From: an uncultured Bacilli bacterium
GTDB taxonomy: Bacteria > Bacillota_I > Bacilli_A > RF39 > UBA660
Length of the DNA stretch: 64,000 bases
Reading direction: 5' to 3'
Assembly (NCBI GenBank): GCA_934130005.1
Contig: CAKOXD010000003.1
Coordinates: forward strand, 41,980 to 105,979
The notes below the pieces were generated by a model, which was not told the origin of the DNA, searched no databases, and saw only the letters and a program-made list of their open reading frames with translations. The translations under genes were made by a program, and so were the position numbers. Below, in pieces: positions 49,271 through 61,272 of this stretch. Position 1 is the stretch's first letter; each line of letters opens with the position of its first letter.

Positions 49271-51241
49271 TTATAAATTTATTTTTACTATATTTACAAT
49301 GTTTTCTGCAGTTTTTTCTACTCCATATTTATCTACATTAAATGAAAAATCATAATTATTAAAATCAAGCCAATCTCTACCTGTATAAAATTTATAATGT
49401 TTTTTTCTTGCCCTATTTATCTTATTAATTTCTTTAACAGCTGTTTCTTTTTTTAATCCATAGTATTTTATAGCTCTTTTTTCTTTAGATTTTAAATCAC
49501 TATATAAAAATATTTTAATTGCATCTTTATTATTTCTTAAAACATAGTCTGCACATCTTCCTACTATAACACATGAATTACTTGCTAAATCTTTTATTAC
49601 TTTTTCTTCTGCTATAAATATTCTATCATCATTATTATTGATGTAATTTGCTTTACTTTTATTTTGATCAAGTTTTTCTATATACTTTTTTGAAAGTCCT
49701 GATTTTTTTGATGCTAGTGTTATTAATTCTTTATCATAAAATGGAATATTTAATTTATCAGCTATTATTTTTCCTACAAATCTTCCTCCTGAACCATATT
49801 CACGTGATATAGTAATTATTATTTTTTTATCATTTATTATAGTTTTTGGTATTTCTTCTAATATTTCACTTGAATTTGTTTTTCCAAGTTTTTTATATTC
49901 AGATTTTAGTATAAAAATTGTTATAAAAAAGCATAATATATCTGCAATACATCCAGCATATAATACACCATATATTCCTTTATTTAAAATAAATGCTAAT
50001 AAAAGTGATATAGGTATCAATAAAATTATTTGTCTTATAAATGTTACAGCTGTTGATTTTACTACTTTTCCTAGTGATTGTATTACAATACTTGTTGTCA
50101 TTTCAAGTGCATTTAGTGCTATTACTAGTAGAAAGCTATGACACATTAAAGTTGCAAATTCCATAAATAAATCATATGAAGGATCATTATTTGATATAAA
50201 AATTCCTGCTAACCCTTTTGGAAACAATAAGAAAATTAAATTAAATATTATTTCTATTATAAAGTTTATTTTTAAAACTTTTTTTATTGTTTCTTTTACT
50301 CTTAATTCATTTCCTGCTCCATAATTAAATCCTATAATTGGTTGTGAACCTATTGATATTCCAAGTACTGTAGAAATATATAAACTATTTATTTTTGATA
50401 TAACTCCATATACTGAAAGTGGAATATCAGATCCAAATTTTGATGTTTCTCCTAATTTAGTCATTATATTATTCATAAAAATAAATAATACTAGAATAGT
50501 TGCTTGTGTTATAAATGACGATAATCCTAATGATAGAATTTTAAATATATTCTTATCTAATTTAAAATCACTTTTTTTAATTTTTACTGATTTTATTTTT
50601 CTTATATAAAGGATTGCTATTACAAATGAAATTATTTGTCCTATTACTGTTGCAATTGCTCCTCCTTTTACACCCATATCAAATGTAAAAATAAATATTG
50701 GATCTAATATTATGTTTATTATAGCCCCAATTACTAACATAATCATTGAGTATTTTGGAGATCCATCTGCTCTTATAATACTTGAAAGAGATGAATAAAT
50801 TAACATAAAAGGAGCTCCAACAATTATTATTCTTCCATAATCTAATGCATATTTATAAACATTTTCTGTACATCCAAACAAATATACAAGTTTTGGTAAT
50901 AATATATAAGTAATTAAACTTATTATTACTGATATAATTATTGATAAACTTATTGCTTGTCCTATACTTTTTGCAGCATTTTTTTTGTCACTTTCTCCTA
51001 ATTTAAGTGATAAATTAGCTGCTGCACCATTTCCTATTAATCCTGCTATTGCATTAAAAATTATTACAAGTGGAAATATAACATTAGTAGCAGCATTTCC
51101 AAGTGTCCCTACACCTTTTCCAATAAATATTTGATCAACTATATTATATACTGAATTTATTAACATACTAATTACACATGGAAGTGCGAATGATATTAAT
51201 AATTTATTTATATTGTCTTTTCCTAAATTTAATTCTTTCAT
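49271..51241 (-). CDS. MATE/MOP-family transporter fused to a C-terminal cytidylate-kinase-like (P-loop) domain
   Basis: 656 aa. The first ~440 aa have 12 TM helices (MATE-like). The C-terminal ~200 aa (ITISREYGSGGRFVGKIIADKLNIPFYDKELI…) form a cytidylate-kinase-like family domain. Confidence 0.65.
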   Translation of the reverse strand: MKELNLGKDNINKLLISFALPCVISMLINSVYNIVDQIFIGKGVGTLGNAATNVIFPLVIIFNAIAGLIGNGAAANLSLKLGESDKKNAAKSIGQAISLSIIISVIISLITYILLPKLVYLFGCTENVYKYALDYGRIIIVGAPFMLIYSSLSSIIRADGSPKYSMIMLVIGAIINIILDPIFIFTFDMGVKGGAIATVIGQIISFVIAILYIRKIKSVKIKKSDFKLDKNIFKILSLGLSSFITQATILVLFIFMNNIMTKLGETSKFGSDIPLSVYGVISKINSLYISTVLGISIGSQPIIGFNYGAGNELRVKETIKKVLKINFIIEIIFNLIFLLFPKGLAGIFISNNDPSYDLFMEFATLMCHSFLLVIALNALEMTTSIVIQSLGKVVKSTAVTFIRQIILLIPISLLLAFILNKGIYGVLYAGCIADILCFFITIFILKSEYKKLGKTNSSEILEEIPKTIINDKKIIITISREYGSGGRFVGKIIADKLNIPFYDKELITLASKKSGLSKKYIEKLDQNKSKANYINNNDDRIFIAEEKVIKDLASNSCVIVGRCADYVLRNNKDAIKIFLYSDLKSKEKRAIKYYGLKKETAVKEINKINRARKKHYKFYTGRDWLDFNNYDFSFNVDKYGVEKTAENIVNIVKINL

Positions 51242-51351
51242 AGTAACCTCTTTTCTAATTCAAACTGCTTGTTAATTGTAGCACAAAAAAATTTTTTGTG
51301 TAAGTTTTTTTTGTAAAAAAAAAAAGATTTTTTTATCTTTTTTGATTATTA

Positions 51352-51879
51352 TTAAATATTATTTTTGTTTTTTTTAGATATTTTTTTTCTTTTTTCTAAT
51401 TTATCTGGATGATGTGCTAAAGCATCGCATCTTTGAACTTCATATCTTTGTAATTGTAATTCATAATTTTCCTTTATTTCTTGTTCTTTTATAGGCGTAT
51501 CATGATTTTCTATTAAATAGCAAATTTTAGTTATATACTTTGAATTAAATTCTAATCTTTTTAATATTTTCTCTCCTATTATAGCACTAACTTTTGGATG
51601 ATTATGAAAGTGTCTTATTTCTTCATCTTGATAACTAAATGGTTTTCCTATATCATGTAATAGTAAAGTTATTCTAATATCAAAGTCATTTTTTGATAAG
51701 CTTATAGCATATAATGTATGATTCCATAAATCTAGGTGATGATGTGGATTTTTTTGGTCAAAATTTATCATATACTTTATTTCATAAATATTTTCTAATA
51801 AAAAATCCATATTTTTATTTATTTCTTCTATTACATTATCACTAGTTAATATTAATTTTAATTTTTCTTTTATCAACAT
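51352..51879 (-). CDS. HD-domain phosphohydrolase
   Basis: 175 aa with H…HD motifs (HHHLDLWNHTL, LLHDIGKP). Confidence 0.65.
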   Translation of the reverse strand: MLIKEKLKLILTSDNVIEEINKNMDFLLENIYEIKYMINFDQKNPHHHLDLWNHTLYAISLSKNDFDIRITLLLHDIGKPFSYQDEEIRHFHNHPKVSAIIGEKILKRLEFNSKYITKICYLIENHDTPIKEQEIKENYELQLQRYEVQRCDALAHHPDKLEKRKKISKKNKNNI

Positions 51880-51881
51880 TT

Positions 51882-52502
51882 TTACATATGCTCTACTATA
51901 AATTTAACAACATGGTCTTCATTTACTTTGATTAATTTTTTATCTTCTTCTGTTACTTCTGTAAAATATTTATCTATTTTTTTATATTTAGATATTGAAT
52001 TTAATGGATATCCAGGATTAATTTTTTCGCTTCTTTTATCAACTATATAAAAATCATCTTTATCCCAAGTATATGTATATTCACCATTTTCTGTTATGAG
52101 TGCTAAACCATATACCCATTTAGCATTTAATTTTCCATCTTTTCCATATTTTTTTACAAGTTTTATATAATGTTCTAACATTTCTTCATCTGTTAATGTT
52201 TTACCATTTATTCTTCTTACATATAATCCTGGTTGATCTACCTCATCTACATTTTCTAAGTATAAATTATCATCCATACCAATAGTTGGAATGTTTGTTT
52301 TAGAAAAGCATTCTCTAGCTTTTATTAAAGCATTTTCTATAGCTGTTTTTCCAGTTTCTTCTTGTTCTAATTTTAGATTTATATCTTTTAATGATAGTAC
52401 TTCTATATCATTTTTTAATAATCCTTCACTAAATCTTTTAGCTTTTGTAGGATTTCCTGTAGCAAAAATTATTTTTTTCATATTATACCTCTTTTCAAGC
52501 AA
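51882..52502 (-). CDS. Ham1/ITPase-like non-canonical NTP pyrophosphatase family protein
   Basis: 206 aa with IIFATGNPTKAKRF, resembling the Ham1 N-terminal motif. Confidence 0.5.
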   Translation of the reverse strand: MLEKRYNMKKIIFATGNPTKAKRFSEGLLKNDIEVLSLKDINLKLEQEETGKTAIENALIKARECFSKTNIPTIGMDDNLYLENVDEVDQPGLYVRRINGKTLTDEEMLEHYIKLVKKYGKDGKLNAKWVYGLALITENGEYTYTWDKDDFYIVDKRSEKINPGYPLNSISKYKKIDKYFTEVTEEDKKLIKVNEDHVVKFIVEHM

Positions 52503-52546
52503 AATTATATCATTTATTTATAAAAAATAAAAGTATCTTTTATTAG

Positions 52547-53496
<950 letters not shown>

Positions 53497-53566
53497 TTAT
53501 GTTTTTTTTATAATATGAAATATTATTACCAACTATATATAATAAAAAAAATGGTAATAACCATTT

Positions 53567-55129
53567 TTATGCAACTTTCTTTTTAACCTTATTTACATTT
53601 AAACCATTTATATCTTCTAACATTGTTTCTACTTTTACATTTTCTTCTAATAAATCTAATTTCATTTCTTCTAATCCAATTAGTAATTTTTTTGCTTCTT
53701 GATCAAAATATAATAACTCTAATTTACCTTTTAATTTATCAATTTCATCTATTGTATCTAATAATATATAATTAGTACTTTTAAGACATGAATCTTTATC
53801 TTTTATTTCATTTAAAATTCCTTCATATTCTATCATATTAATTTGTTCATTATTAAATATTGAATTCATACTTCTAATTCTATTATTTAAAATAATTCCA
53901 CTTGTTAATGTTGCTAATAACTTATTTTTAAATATTCCAAATGGTATTAAACTTATACCAACATTTATAGATAATCTAAAGAAATTATTTAATCTTTCTA
54001 GTAATGTTGGCTTATAATTATTTCCTAGCTTATTTATATCTTGTTTTATCTTTTCTATTTCTTCCTTACTTAACATTATATCTTTTTTTATACTATTTTT
54101 AACTAATTCTATTTGTGATTTATCAATAATAATTTCTTGTTTTTGTTTTTTTATTTGTTCTTCTTTTATTTTTTTTATCTTTAAATCATTTATTGACTTT
54201 TCTAAATATTCAACTAAATCTTGAATTGATCTATCATGATAAACTAAATGATTAGGATCTATAGAATTAATATTTTTATATTTTTTTAAGTCTTTAAATT
54301 CATCATTTTTTGATAATTCTAAATATTCTTTTTTTAAATTATTTACTTTTTCTTTTAATGAATTTAATTCTTCTTCTTTATCTAAATTATTATTATTTCT
54401 TATTTTTTGCATATTTAAATATGCATTATTTATTTCTTTATTAAGTTTTTTTATATTCTCTATCATAATTTTATCAGTCTTATTTTCCTTTTTTATTAGT
54501 ACTTTTTTAGGTTTTCTTATGTTATTTATAACTAAAACGCCTGGTATTGTTAATAATGATAAAGTTTTTTTAATTTTATTTTTAATATTATTTGTTTTTT
54601 TTGATTGTTTTATATTTGATTTTTTTATTGTTTTAGTTTTATTAATTTTATATTTTTTTACATTATTATAATCTAATCCTTTTAATTTATTTTCACAAAT
54701 GGTAATTTTATCTTTTATATTTAATAATGTATTTGTTTGATCTTTTATTAATTTAGATTCTTCCCTTGTTTTTAAATTTTTCATATTTTTTAATTTATTT
54801 ATTTTTTTATTTATTTCTTTTTTATACATTTTTAAAACAATAGGTGTTGTTTCATTTTCAATTGTTTTTTCTATATTTAGTATATTTTTATTTATTTTTC
54901 TTAATTCTTTTGATATATCTATTTCTTTTTCTTTTTTATCTCTTTTTACTAATGAGCTGATTGAACTTCCAATCATTCCAAATGTTTTAGTAAAAAATAT
55001 TTTTATTTTATTATCTTTATTTTTTATATTAATTTTTTTTATATTATATGATATATTTTTAAAAAGTTTTTTAAAAAAACTTATTATTCTTAAAATTATT
55101 TTTTTTAAAAAGTTTATTACTTTTTTCAT
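53567..55129 (-). CDS. K/N/E-rich coiled-coil protein with C-terminal hydrophobic segments, unknown function
   Basis: 520 aa of low complexity with predicted long coiled coils and 2 TM-like stretches near residue 400. Confidence 0.4.
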   Translation of the reverse strand: MKKVINFLKKIILRIISFFKKLFKNISYNIKKINIKNKDNKIKIFFTKTFGMIGSSISSLVKRDKKEKEIDISKELRKINKNILNIEKTIENETTPIVLKMYKKEINKKINKLKNMKNLKTREESKLIKDQTNTLLNIKDKITICENKLKGLDYNNVKKYKINKTKTIKKSNIKQSKKTNNIKNKIKKTLSLLTIPGVLVINNIRKPKKVLIKKENKTDKIMIENIKKLNKEINNAYLNMQKIRNNNNLDKEEELNSLKEKVNNLKKEYLELSKNDEFKDLKKYKNINSIDPNHLVYHDRSIQDLVEYLEKSINDLKIKKIKEEQIKKQKQEIIIDKSQIELVKNSIKKDIMLSKEEIEKIKQDINKLGNNYKPTLLERLNNFFRLSINVGISLIPFGIFKNKLLATLTSGIILNNRIRSMNSIFNNEQINMIEYEGILNEIKDKDSCLKSTNYILLDTIDEIDKLKGKLELLYFDQEAKKLLIGLEEMKLDLLEENVKVETMLEDINGLNVNKVKKKVA

Positions 55130-55181
55130 AAAACCACCTATATTAATTTTATCACAAAATCAATATAAACTAAAGGATATT

Positions 55182-55964
55182 TTAATTTAATATATTATAT
55201 ATTTTTACTCCTATTTTTTGAATTAGTGGAGCTCTATATATAAATTTATTATTATTTTCTATTGCTTTTATTATTTTATTCACAATACTATTAAGTGTTT
55301 TTTGCTCTAAAAGAATCATCATTATATTTTCTTTTCTCTTAATAATTTCTAGTTCTTCTTTAAATAATAAATCAAAATTAGTTCCATATTTGTTGTCAAA
55401 CATTACCTTATTAAATCCTGTTTTATACATTCCAGGTTCTATTAAGCAAATATTTATTTTGCTTTTTAATATTTTTAATTCTTTTTTTAAACATTCACTT
55501 AATTTTATAATACTTGCTTTAGTAGAACAATAAGATCCTAAAAAAGGTATAGGAAATTCACCAGCCATAGATGCCATAATAATTATTTTTCCATTATCTT
55601 TTTTTAACATTTTATTTAGTATTATTTGTATTAATTCAAAATTAGAAAATACATTGACTTCAAAATTATTTCTAACATCATTTATATTCATATTAATAAC
55701 ACTACCACCTATTCCTATTGCTGCATTAGCTATTAATATATCTATATCTAATTTTTTTACTTTTTCTCTATCTATTTTAGATGTAATATCTAATTTTAAA
55801 CATTTAATATTTTTTTCATTCTTATATTTTTCTTTTATATTTTTCAATTCATTTTCTGTGTGAGTTGTTACATATATAAAATATTTATTTTTTATTTTTT
55901 TTATAACCTCTTTCATTATTCCAGAGGTTGCTCCTGTTATTAAAATTTTTTTCAAAAAAATCAC
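55182..55964 (-). CDS. Short-chain dehydrogenase/reductase (SDR)
   Basis: 260 aa with TGATSGIM Rossmann and YCSTK (YxxxK) motifs. Confidence 0.75.
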   Translation of the reverse strand: MIFLKKILITGATSGIMKEVIKKIKNKYFIYVTTHTENELKNIKEKYKNEKNIKCLKLDITSKIDREKVKKLDIDILIANAAIGIGGSVINMNINDVRNNFEVNVFSNFELIQIILNKMLKKDNGKIIIMASMAGEFPIPFLGSYCSTKASIIKLSECLKKELKILKSKINICLIEPGMYKTGFNKVMFDNKYGTNFDLLFKEELEIIKRKENIMMILLEQKTLNSIVNKIIKAIENNNKFIYRAPLIQKIGVKIYNILN

Positions 55965-55972
55965 CAGTATTA

Positions 55973-57499
55973 TTATTTACTGATGATATCGTTAATATTC
56001 ATATTTAAATAATTTGCATTTTTAGATAATCCAGGCATAGTTAGTATATTTTCCATATAAACAACTATTATTTTTGCCCCATTTAATACTTTTATATCAG
56101 TTATTTTCATTTTAAAATTTTTAGGATATCCTAATATTTTTTTATTGTCAGTTAATGAGTATGGTGTTTTTGCTATACAAACTGGATATTTATATTTATC
56201 TAATGATTCTATTTTTTCTTTTAATGTATCTTCTATTTCTAATTCATTACATCCAAACATAGAACACATTTTTTTTATTTTATCTATTAATTTATCCTCT
56301 AAATTATATATTTGGTATGTTTTTGATTTTTCTAATTTTTCTACTTCTTTTGCAAGATTTATACATCCATCTTCTCCATCTAAATACATTGTTGATATAA
56401 CAAATTTAGTATCTAATTTTTCTACATATTCTTTTATAAAATTAATATCTTCTTTTAAATCATTTTCATATTTATTTAATGATACTATTACATTGCTGAA
56501 TTTTTTCATATTTAATATATGATATTTTAGATTTTCTATTCCTTCTTTTAAATTATCATTGCCATTATATTTTAAACTTTTAATTGTTGTATTTATAACT
56601 ATTGTATCCGGATATATATCATTATCTCTGCATTTTATATCTAAAAATTTAAGTGCACCCATATCACTACCAAAACCTGCTTCTGTTATAACATAATCAC
56701 TTAATTTTAAAGCAGTTGAAGTTGCAATTAAACTATTACAACCGTGTGCTATATTAGCAAATGGTCCACCATGAACTATAACTGGGTTATTATATAAACT
56801 TTGTACTAAATTAGGTTTAATAGCATCTTTAAGTAGTATGGTGGCAGCATCTTCTACCTTCAAGTCTTTTGCATATATTTCTTTTTTTTCTTTTGTATAA
56901 CCTATTATAATATTTCCAATTCTTTCTTTTAAATCATAGATATTTTTAGATAGACATAATATTATCATTATTTCACTTGCTGGTGTTATATTAAAGTGTT
57001 CTATTCTATCATTTAATTTAACAGTTCTAAGTGCTCTATCATTTATATCTAAACATCTATTAAAAGTTACTTCATTTATTTTTAGTTCATTTCCTTGATA
57101 TATATGATTATCTATTACTGAGCTTATTAAATTATTAGCACTTGTTATAGCATGAAAATCACCTGTAAAATGTAAGTTTATGTCTAATTCTGGTTCTATT
57201 TTTGAAAGTCCACCACCGCAAGCACCTCCTTTAAGTCCAAATACTGGTCCTAATGATGGTTCTCTTAAAACTGCTATACTTTTTTTCCCTAATTTATTTA
57301 ATGAATCAGAAAGACCTATAGCTAATGTTGTTTTACCTTCTCCGTATGGTGTAGGATTTGTTGATGTAATTAGTATTAATTTACCATTTTTTTTATTATC
57401 TTTTAAATTCATATTTATTTTTGCTTTATAGTTTCCATATAATTCTATATCTTCATTTGTTAAATCTATTTTTTTTATTATTTCTGTTATTTTTTTCAT
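55973..57499 (-). CDS. fhs: Formate--tetrahydrofolate ligase
   Basis: 508 aa with the TPYGEGKTT P-loop and global FTHFS-like sequence. Confidence 0.85.
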   Translation of the reverse strand: MKKITEIIKKIDLTNEDIELYGNYKAKINMNLKDNKKNGKLILITSTNPTPYGEGKTTLAIGLSDSLNKLGKKSIAVLREPSLGPVFGLKGGACGGGLSKIEPELDINLHFTGDFHAITSANNLISSVIDNHIYQGNELKINEVTFNRCLDINDRALRTVKLNDRIEHFNITPASEIMIILCLSKNIYDLKERIGNIIIGYTKEKKEIYAKDLKVEDAATILLKDAIKPNLVQSLYNNPVIVHGGPFANIAHGCNSLIATSTALKLSDYVITEAGFGSDMGALKFLDIKCRDNDIYPDTIVINTTIKSLKYNGNDNLKEGIENLKYHILNMKKFSNVIVSLNKYENDLKEDINFIKEYVEKLDTKFVISTMYLDGEDGCINLAKEVEKLEKSKTYQIYNLEDKLIDKIKKMCSMFGCNELEIEDTLKEKIESLDKYKYPVCIAKTPYSLTDNKKILGYPKNFKMKITDIKVLNGAKIIVVYMENILTMPGLSKNANYLNMNINDIISK

Positions 57500-57559
57500 A
57501 GAATCATCTCCATTTATATTATATCAAAATACTTAATTTATGTACAAGTTAATAATTAA

Positions 57560-57592
57560 AAAATAGCTTTTATAAAGCTATTTTATACTAAA
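57560..57592 (-). terminator. Terminator after the LamG pilin-like gene
   Basis: aaaaaatagcttttataaagctatttt forms the ATAGCTT/AAGCTAT stem plus a T-run. Confidence 0.55.
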
Positions 57593-59266
57593 CTCTTTTG
57601 AGTCGAATTCATAGTTGTTTTTAATTTCATTTTCTTCTAGTCCTCTATTATATACTCTTGTTGAATAGATTGATCCATTGAAACAATTACCATCAAGTGG
57701 ATCATATGAAAGCATAAGATTTACTCCACTTTTTGGAGGTGATATTTTTCCTGATATGTCTTTTTTAGATTGTAATTCCCCGTTTAGATATAGTTTTAAT
57801 GTGGTACCATTATAAGTTAATGCTGTATAATATTTTTTATTTAGTTCAATTTCTTTAGATGCAATTTCTTGATATGAACCATTTATATTACAAAGAGTAG
57901 ATAATTTATTTTTCAACATTCTAATTCCACATCCTCCACTTTCAGTGCTTGAAATAATATGTTGATTACTATTTGTTATGTTTTTTGGTTCAAATACAAC
58001 TTCATATGTTATATTTGCTTCTCTTATATTTCCAATTGTCATATATGAATTGTTTCCTGTAAAATTTATTGCATTATTACTTATTTGTGCATTTGATGGT
58101 TTTGCATTATATTGATTACTAGCTAAATTTCTGACAAAATTTATATTTTCTAGATTTTGAAGTCCTATATTATTATTTAAATTATAATATACAAGTAATC
58201 CATTTTGACTTATTTTGTTATCTATTTTATATTCTGTTGATTTAAAATATTTATTTTTATCTACTTGATAGTTATTTAATATTTCTTCTTCTGTAAGTGC
58301 TCTATCATAAAGTCTAGCTGATGCTATAAATCCATTAAAATATGAATCCTCTGCTTTTGATCCATATGGATTAGCCCCTAATGCAAGTTTAGTTGATGAT
58401 TCTGGTTGTTTAAGTTTTTTATTCAAAGTTAATTTACTTTGTAGTTCTCCATTTATATATAGTTTTAAATCAATTTCATCATATGTTAAAATTGCATGAT
58501 AATAATTAAAAGGATTTATATTTTCTTTTGATGAAACTTCTTTATATGATCCATCAATACGACAATATCCATTTATTTTATTATTTTTTAAGTATATAGC
58601 ACACCCTCCTAATTCAGTATTTGAAACTATATCCTGATGATCAGTTGGTGATGAGAATGGTACAAAAGTTGTTTCAAATGTAATCTTTTCTTTATTATAT
58701 TCACCAACTATAGAATAACTATTACTTCCATTATAATATAATCCATAATCAGTTTTTAATGTATTATTATGTTTTATTGTGCTTTCCTTATCATTATAAT
58801 CAAAATTAAACATCAATGCTTTATCATTTATTATTTCTAATTTTGGTTCTTCTATTTTTTTATTACCACATTCTAAAATATTATTTTCATAATTACATAG
58901 ATATCCATTTATTTTTAATGCTACTTTATTTAATTTTTCATTTTCTATAGTTATTTCTATTTCTGTTGGTTTTGTTCCCTTTACTGTTTTATTAATTGAC
59001 CCAATAAAGCCAGTTGTTAATTTATCACAATCTTTATCACATGACTCTGATTTTATTAATTTTTTATTATAATTTTTATTATCAAATTCAGATAGCATTA
59101 TGTAATTTTCTATTGATTTTATATATCCATATGCTGAATCTTTTGCAGCTTCTCTTCTTGAATCTTCAATTATATTTAAAATAATTGGAGTTGCAATTAA
59201 TGCAATGATTGCTAATATTACTATGACTGCTAATAGTTCTATTAGTGTGAATCCCTTTTTTTCCAT
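57578..59266 (-). CDS. Large prepilin-type (type IV pilin-like) protein with two C-terminal LamG/lectin-like domains
   Basis: 562 aa. MEKKGFTLIELLAVIVILAIIALIATPIIL is a class III signal with Gly-Phe and Glu+5. Two about 190-aa repeats follow, each ending …GFIASARLYDRALTEEEILNNY / …GSIYSTRVYNRGLEENEIKNNY (concanavalin-like). Confidence 0.6.
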   Translation of the reverse strand: MEKKGFTLIELLAVIVILAIIALIATPIILNIIEDSRREAAKDSAYGYIKSIENYIMLSEFDNKNYNKKLIKSESCDKDCDKLTTGFIGSINKTVKGTKPTEIEITIENEKLNKVALKINGYLCNYENNILECGNKKIEEPKLEIINDKALMFNFDYNDKESTIKHNNTLKTDYGLYYNGSNSYSIVGEYNKEKITFETTFVPFSSPTDHQDIVSNTELGGCAIYLKNNKINGYCRIDGSYKEVSSKENINPFNYYHAILTYDEIDLKLYINGELQSKLTLNKKLKQPESSTKLALGANPYGSKAEDSYFNGFIASARLYDRALTEEEILNNYQVDKNKYFKSTEYKIDNKISQNGLLVYYNLNNNIGLQNLENINFVRNLASNQYNAKPSNAQISNNAINFTGNNSYMTIGNIREANITYEVVFEPKNITNSNQHIISSTESGGCGIRMLKNKLSTLCNINGSYQEIASKEIELNKKYYTALTYNGTTLKLYLNGELQSKKDISGKISPPKSGVNLMLSYDPLDGNCFNGSIYSTRVYNRGLEENEIKNNYEFDSKEFSIK

Positions 59267-59302
59267 ATTATCACTCTTCCTACTATATTTAATTATAACA
59301 AA

Positions 59303-59332
59303 AAAATAGCTTTTTTCAAGCTATTTTAGTTA
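59303..59332 (-). terminator. Terminator after the SPFH gene
   Basis: aaaaaatagcttttttcaagctattttag is the same hairpin family as at 57560 and 63640. Confidence 0.55.
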
Positions 59333-60541
59333 TGCTATTTTTGTTCCACATTCTGTACAGAAGTTACCTGTTGCTTTTGTTCCGCAATTTGGACAAAATT
59401 TAGGTTTTACTGCTTCTTCTTTTGCTATAGATGGTTCTACAGTTTCTTCTTTTTCTATTGAAGGTTCTACATTAACTTCTGATTTTTCTTCTACTGGTTG
59501 ATTTGTTGGCATCATCATATCAGGTGCACTCATTGAATCCATTGTCATTCCTTGAGTACTTTGAGAAGAGATATTTGCTCCAAACATTGCTCCTCCTTGA
59601 TTCATCATACCAATACCCATAAATCCATTCATTGCTCCATTTTCATTGTTAGCAGCAGCAACCATTGCTTCACTTGCAGCAGCATTTGCTCTTGCACCTT
59701 GCATTGCTGGATTCATAGCATAAATTCTATCTTTTTGTGCTGCTTTAATCATAGAAGCACTTTCTTCTGTTGGAGTTACACTCTTAATTGAAACTCTACT
59801 TACATTTATACCATTTTGTCCCCATGTTGGATCTAATTGTTGTTTTACAGCTTCTGATATTTGTGTAACTGCACCTGGTAACATATCATATGCTACTTTT
59901 TGAAGTGCAACACTTGCTAATGCTGGTTGTAATGCTTGTAAGAAATCTGCACTAAATTGTGATTCAAATTCATCATCTATTACATAATCACTTTCTATAT
60001 TTCCACCAAGTGATGTAAAGAATTTAATTGGATCTGTTACTTTAAATACATATTCTCCATAACATCTAATATCAACTGTTATTCCAAATTCACTATCTCT
60101 AAATGGTACTGGATTTGGTGTTCCAAATTTATTTCCAATAATATCACGCATATTTATAAAATATACTCTTTGATCATGATTTACATTTCCTGCTGTTGTA
60201 AATCTTGAACCAAATGTTTTAAAACTTTCAATAAGTCCTTTTCCAAATCCACCATATAACATTGATGGTTCTGTTCCTTTATCAAAAGTATATCTACCAG
60301 CTTCTGCTGTAAAATCTACTATTTTTCCATCTGATACAACTACTAAGAATTGATCTTCAGCTACTACTATTTTACTTCCATTAGTAATGATATTTTCATT
60401 ACCATTATTATTTGTTTTGTTTTTTGCTGTTCCTCTTCTCATTAAAACGTTATCTGGTAATCTATCACAATAGATATACTCTAACCATTCATCTTTTAAT
60501 GTTGAAGAAGCTGCTCCAACTACTGCTTTTATTAATCCCAT
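59330..60541 (-). CDS. SPFH/band-7 family protein with C-terminal zinc ribbon (COG4260/YdjI-like)
   Basis: 403 aa with an N-terminal SPFH-like region, a Met/Gly/Ala/Asn-rich low-complexity linker and C-terminal CPNCGTKATGNFCTECGTKI. Confidence 0.65.
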   Translation of the reverse strand: MGLIKAVVGAASSTLKDEWLEYIYCDRLPDNVLMRRGTAKNKTNNNGNENIITNGSKIVVAEDQFLVVVSDGKIVDFTAEAGRYTFDKGTEPSMLYGGFGKGLIESFKTFGSRFTTAGNVNHDQRVYFINMRDIIGNKFGTPNPVPFRDSEFGITVDIRCYGEYVFKVTDPIKFFTSLGGNIESDYVIDDEFESQFSADFLQALQPALASVALQKVAYDMLPGAVTQISEAVKQQLDPTWGQNGINVSRVSIKSVTPTEESASMIKAAQKDRIYAMNPAMQGARANAAASEAMVAAANNENGAMNGFMGIGMMNQGGAMFGANISSQSTQGMTMDSMSAPDMMMPTNQPVEEKSEVNVEPSIEKEETVEPSIAKEEAVKPKFCPNCGTKATGNFCTECGTKIA

Positions 60542-60556
60542 AATCTTTCCTCTTTC

Positions 60557-61270
60557 CTAAAATTCTCTTATATTATTTAAAACCCAAGTTCTTTTTAAAA
60601 TATCAATTACACCACTACCGCAATAATCACACATTTTATCTCCTAGGTTTTTAATTGGTGCTCCACAATTTGGACAATTAAGTCCAACACCTTTCAATGT
60701 TCCTATTTTTTCTTCATCAATTACATATATATATTCAAGTTCAAATCTTGTTTGAATCTTTTGTGGACTTTTATTATCTTCACGATATATATATTCTAAA
60801 GCAATATGAATTTTTATTGTTGCAATTGCATCTTGTTTTTCATATCTATTTAGAATTGTCTTATGAATTTTTATAGAATCATAAGTAACATTTTTATCTT
60901 TTAATTCTTGTAATTTATTATTTATCCATATTTTTAATATTTCTTCTTTTACATTACTACTATCTTTTTTTTCAATTTGTTTTAAACAATTAATTACTTT
61001 ACTTTCTGAATCTCTTTTAAGTTCATTTATATTTAAATTTTTAAAGTCATTATTTAATCTTGGTAAATCTAATTTTTCCATTCCTGTTATTGTTTTGGGA
61101 GTACTTTGTGTTTCTAATTCTTCTTTTTTTATTCCTTCTATTATATTTTCTGTTCCAAATGCTTCTTGTGAAAAACTTTTCAATTTGCTTTTAATATGAA
61201 AATATATATTAATTATAGCTAGGAATAATATTATAAATAATGACAATAATATAATAATTATTATTTCCAT
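60557..61270 (-). CDS. Membrane-anchored Tim44-like-domain protein with C-terminal zinc ribbon
   Basis: 237 aa with an N-terminal TM and C-terminal CPNCGAPIKNLGDKMCDYCGSGVIDILKRTWVLNNIREF. Confidence 0.5.
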   Translation of the reverse strand: MEIIIIILLSLFIILFLAIINIYFHIKSKLKSFSQEAFGTENIIEGIKKEELETQSTPKTITGMEKLDLPRLNNDFKNLNINELKRDSESKVINCLKQIEKKDSSNVKEEILKIWINNKLQELKDKNVTYDSIKIHKTILNRYEKQDAIATIKIHIALEYIYREDNKSPQKIQTRFELEYIYVIDEEKIGTLKGVGLNCPNCGAPIKNLGDKMCDYCGSGVIDILKRTWVLNNIREF

Positions 61271-61272
61271 AA

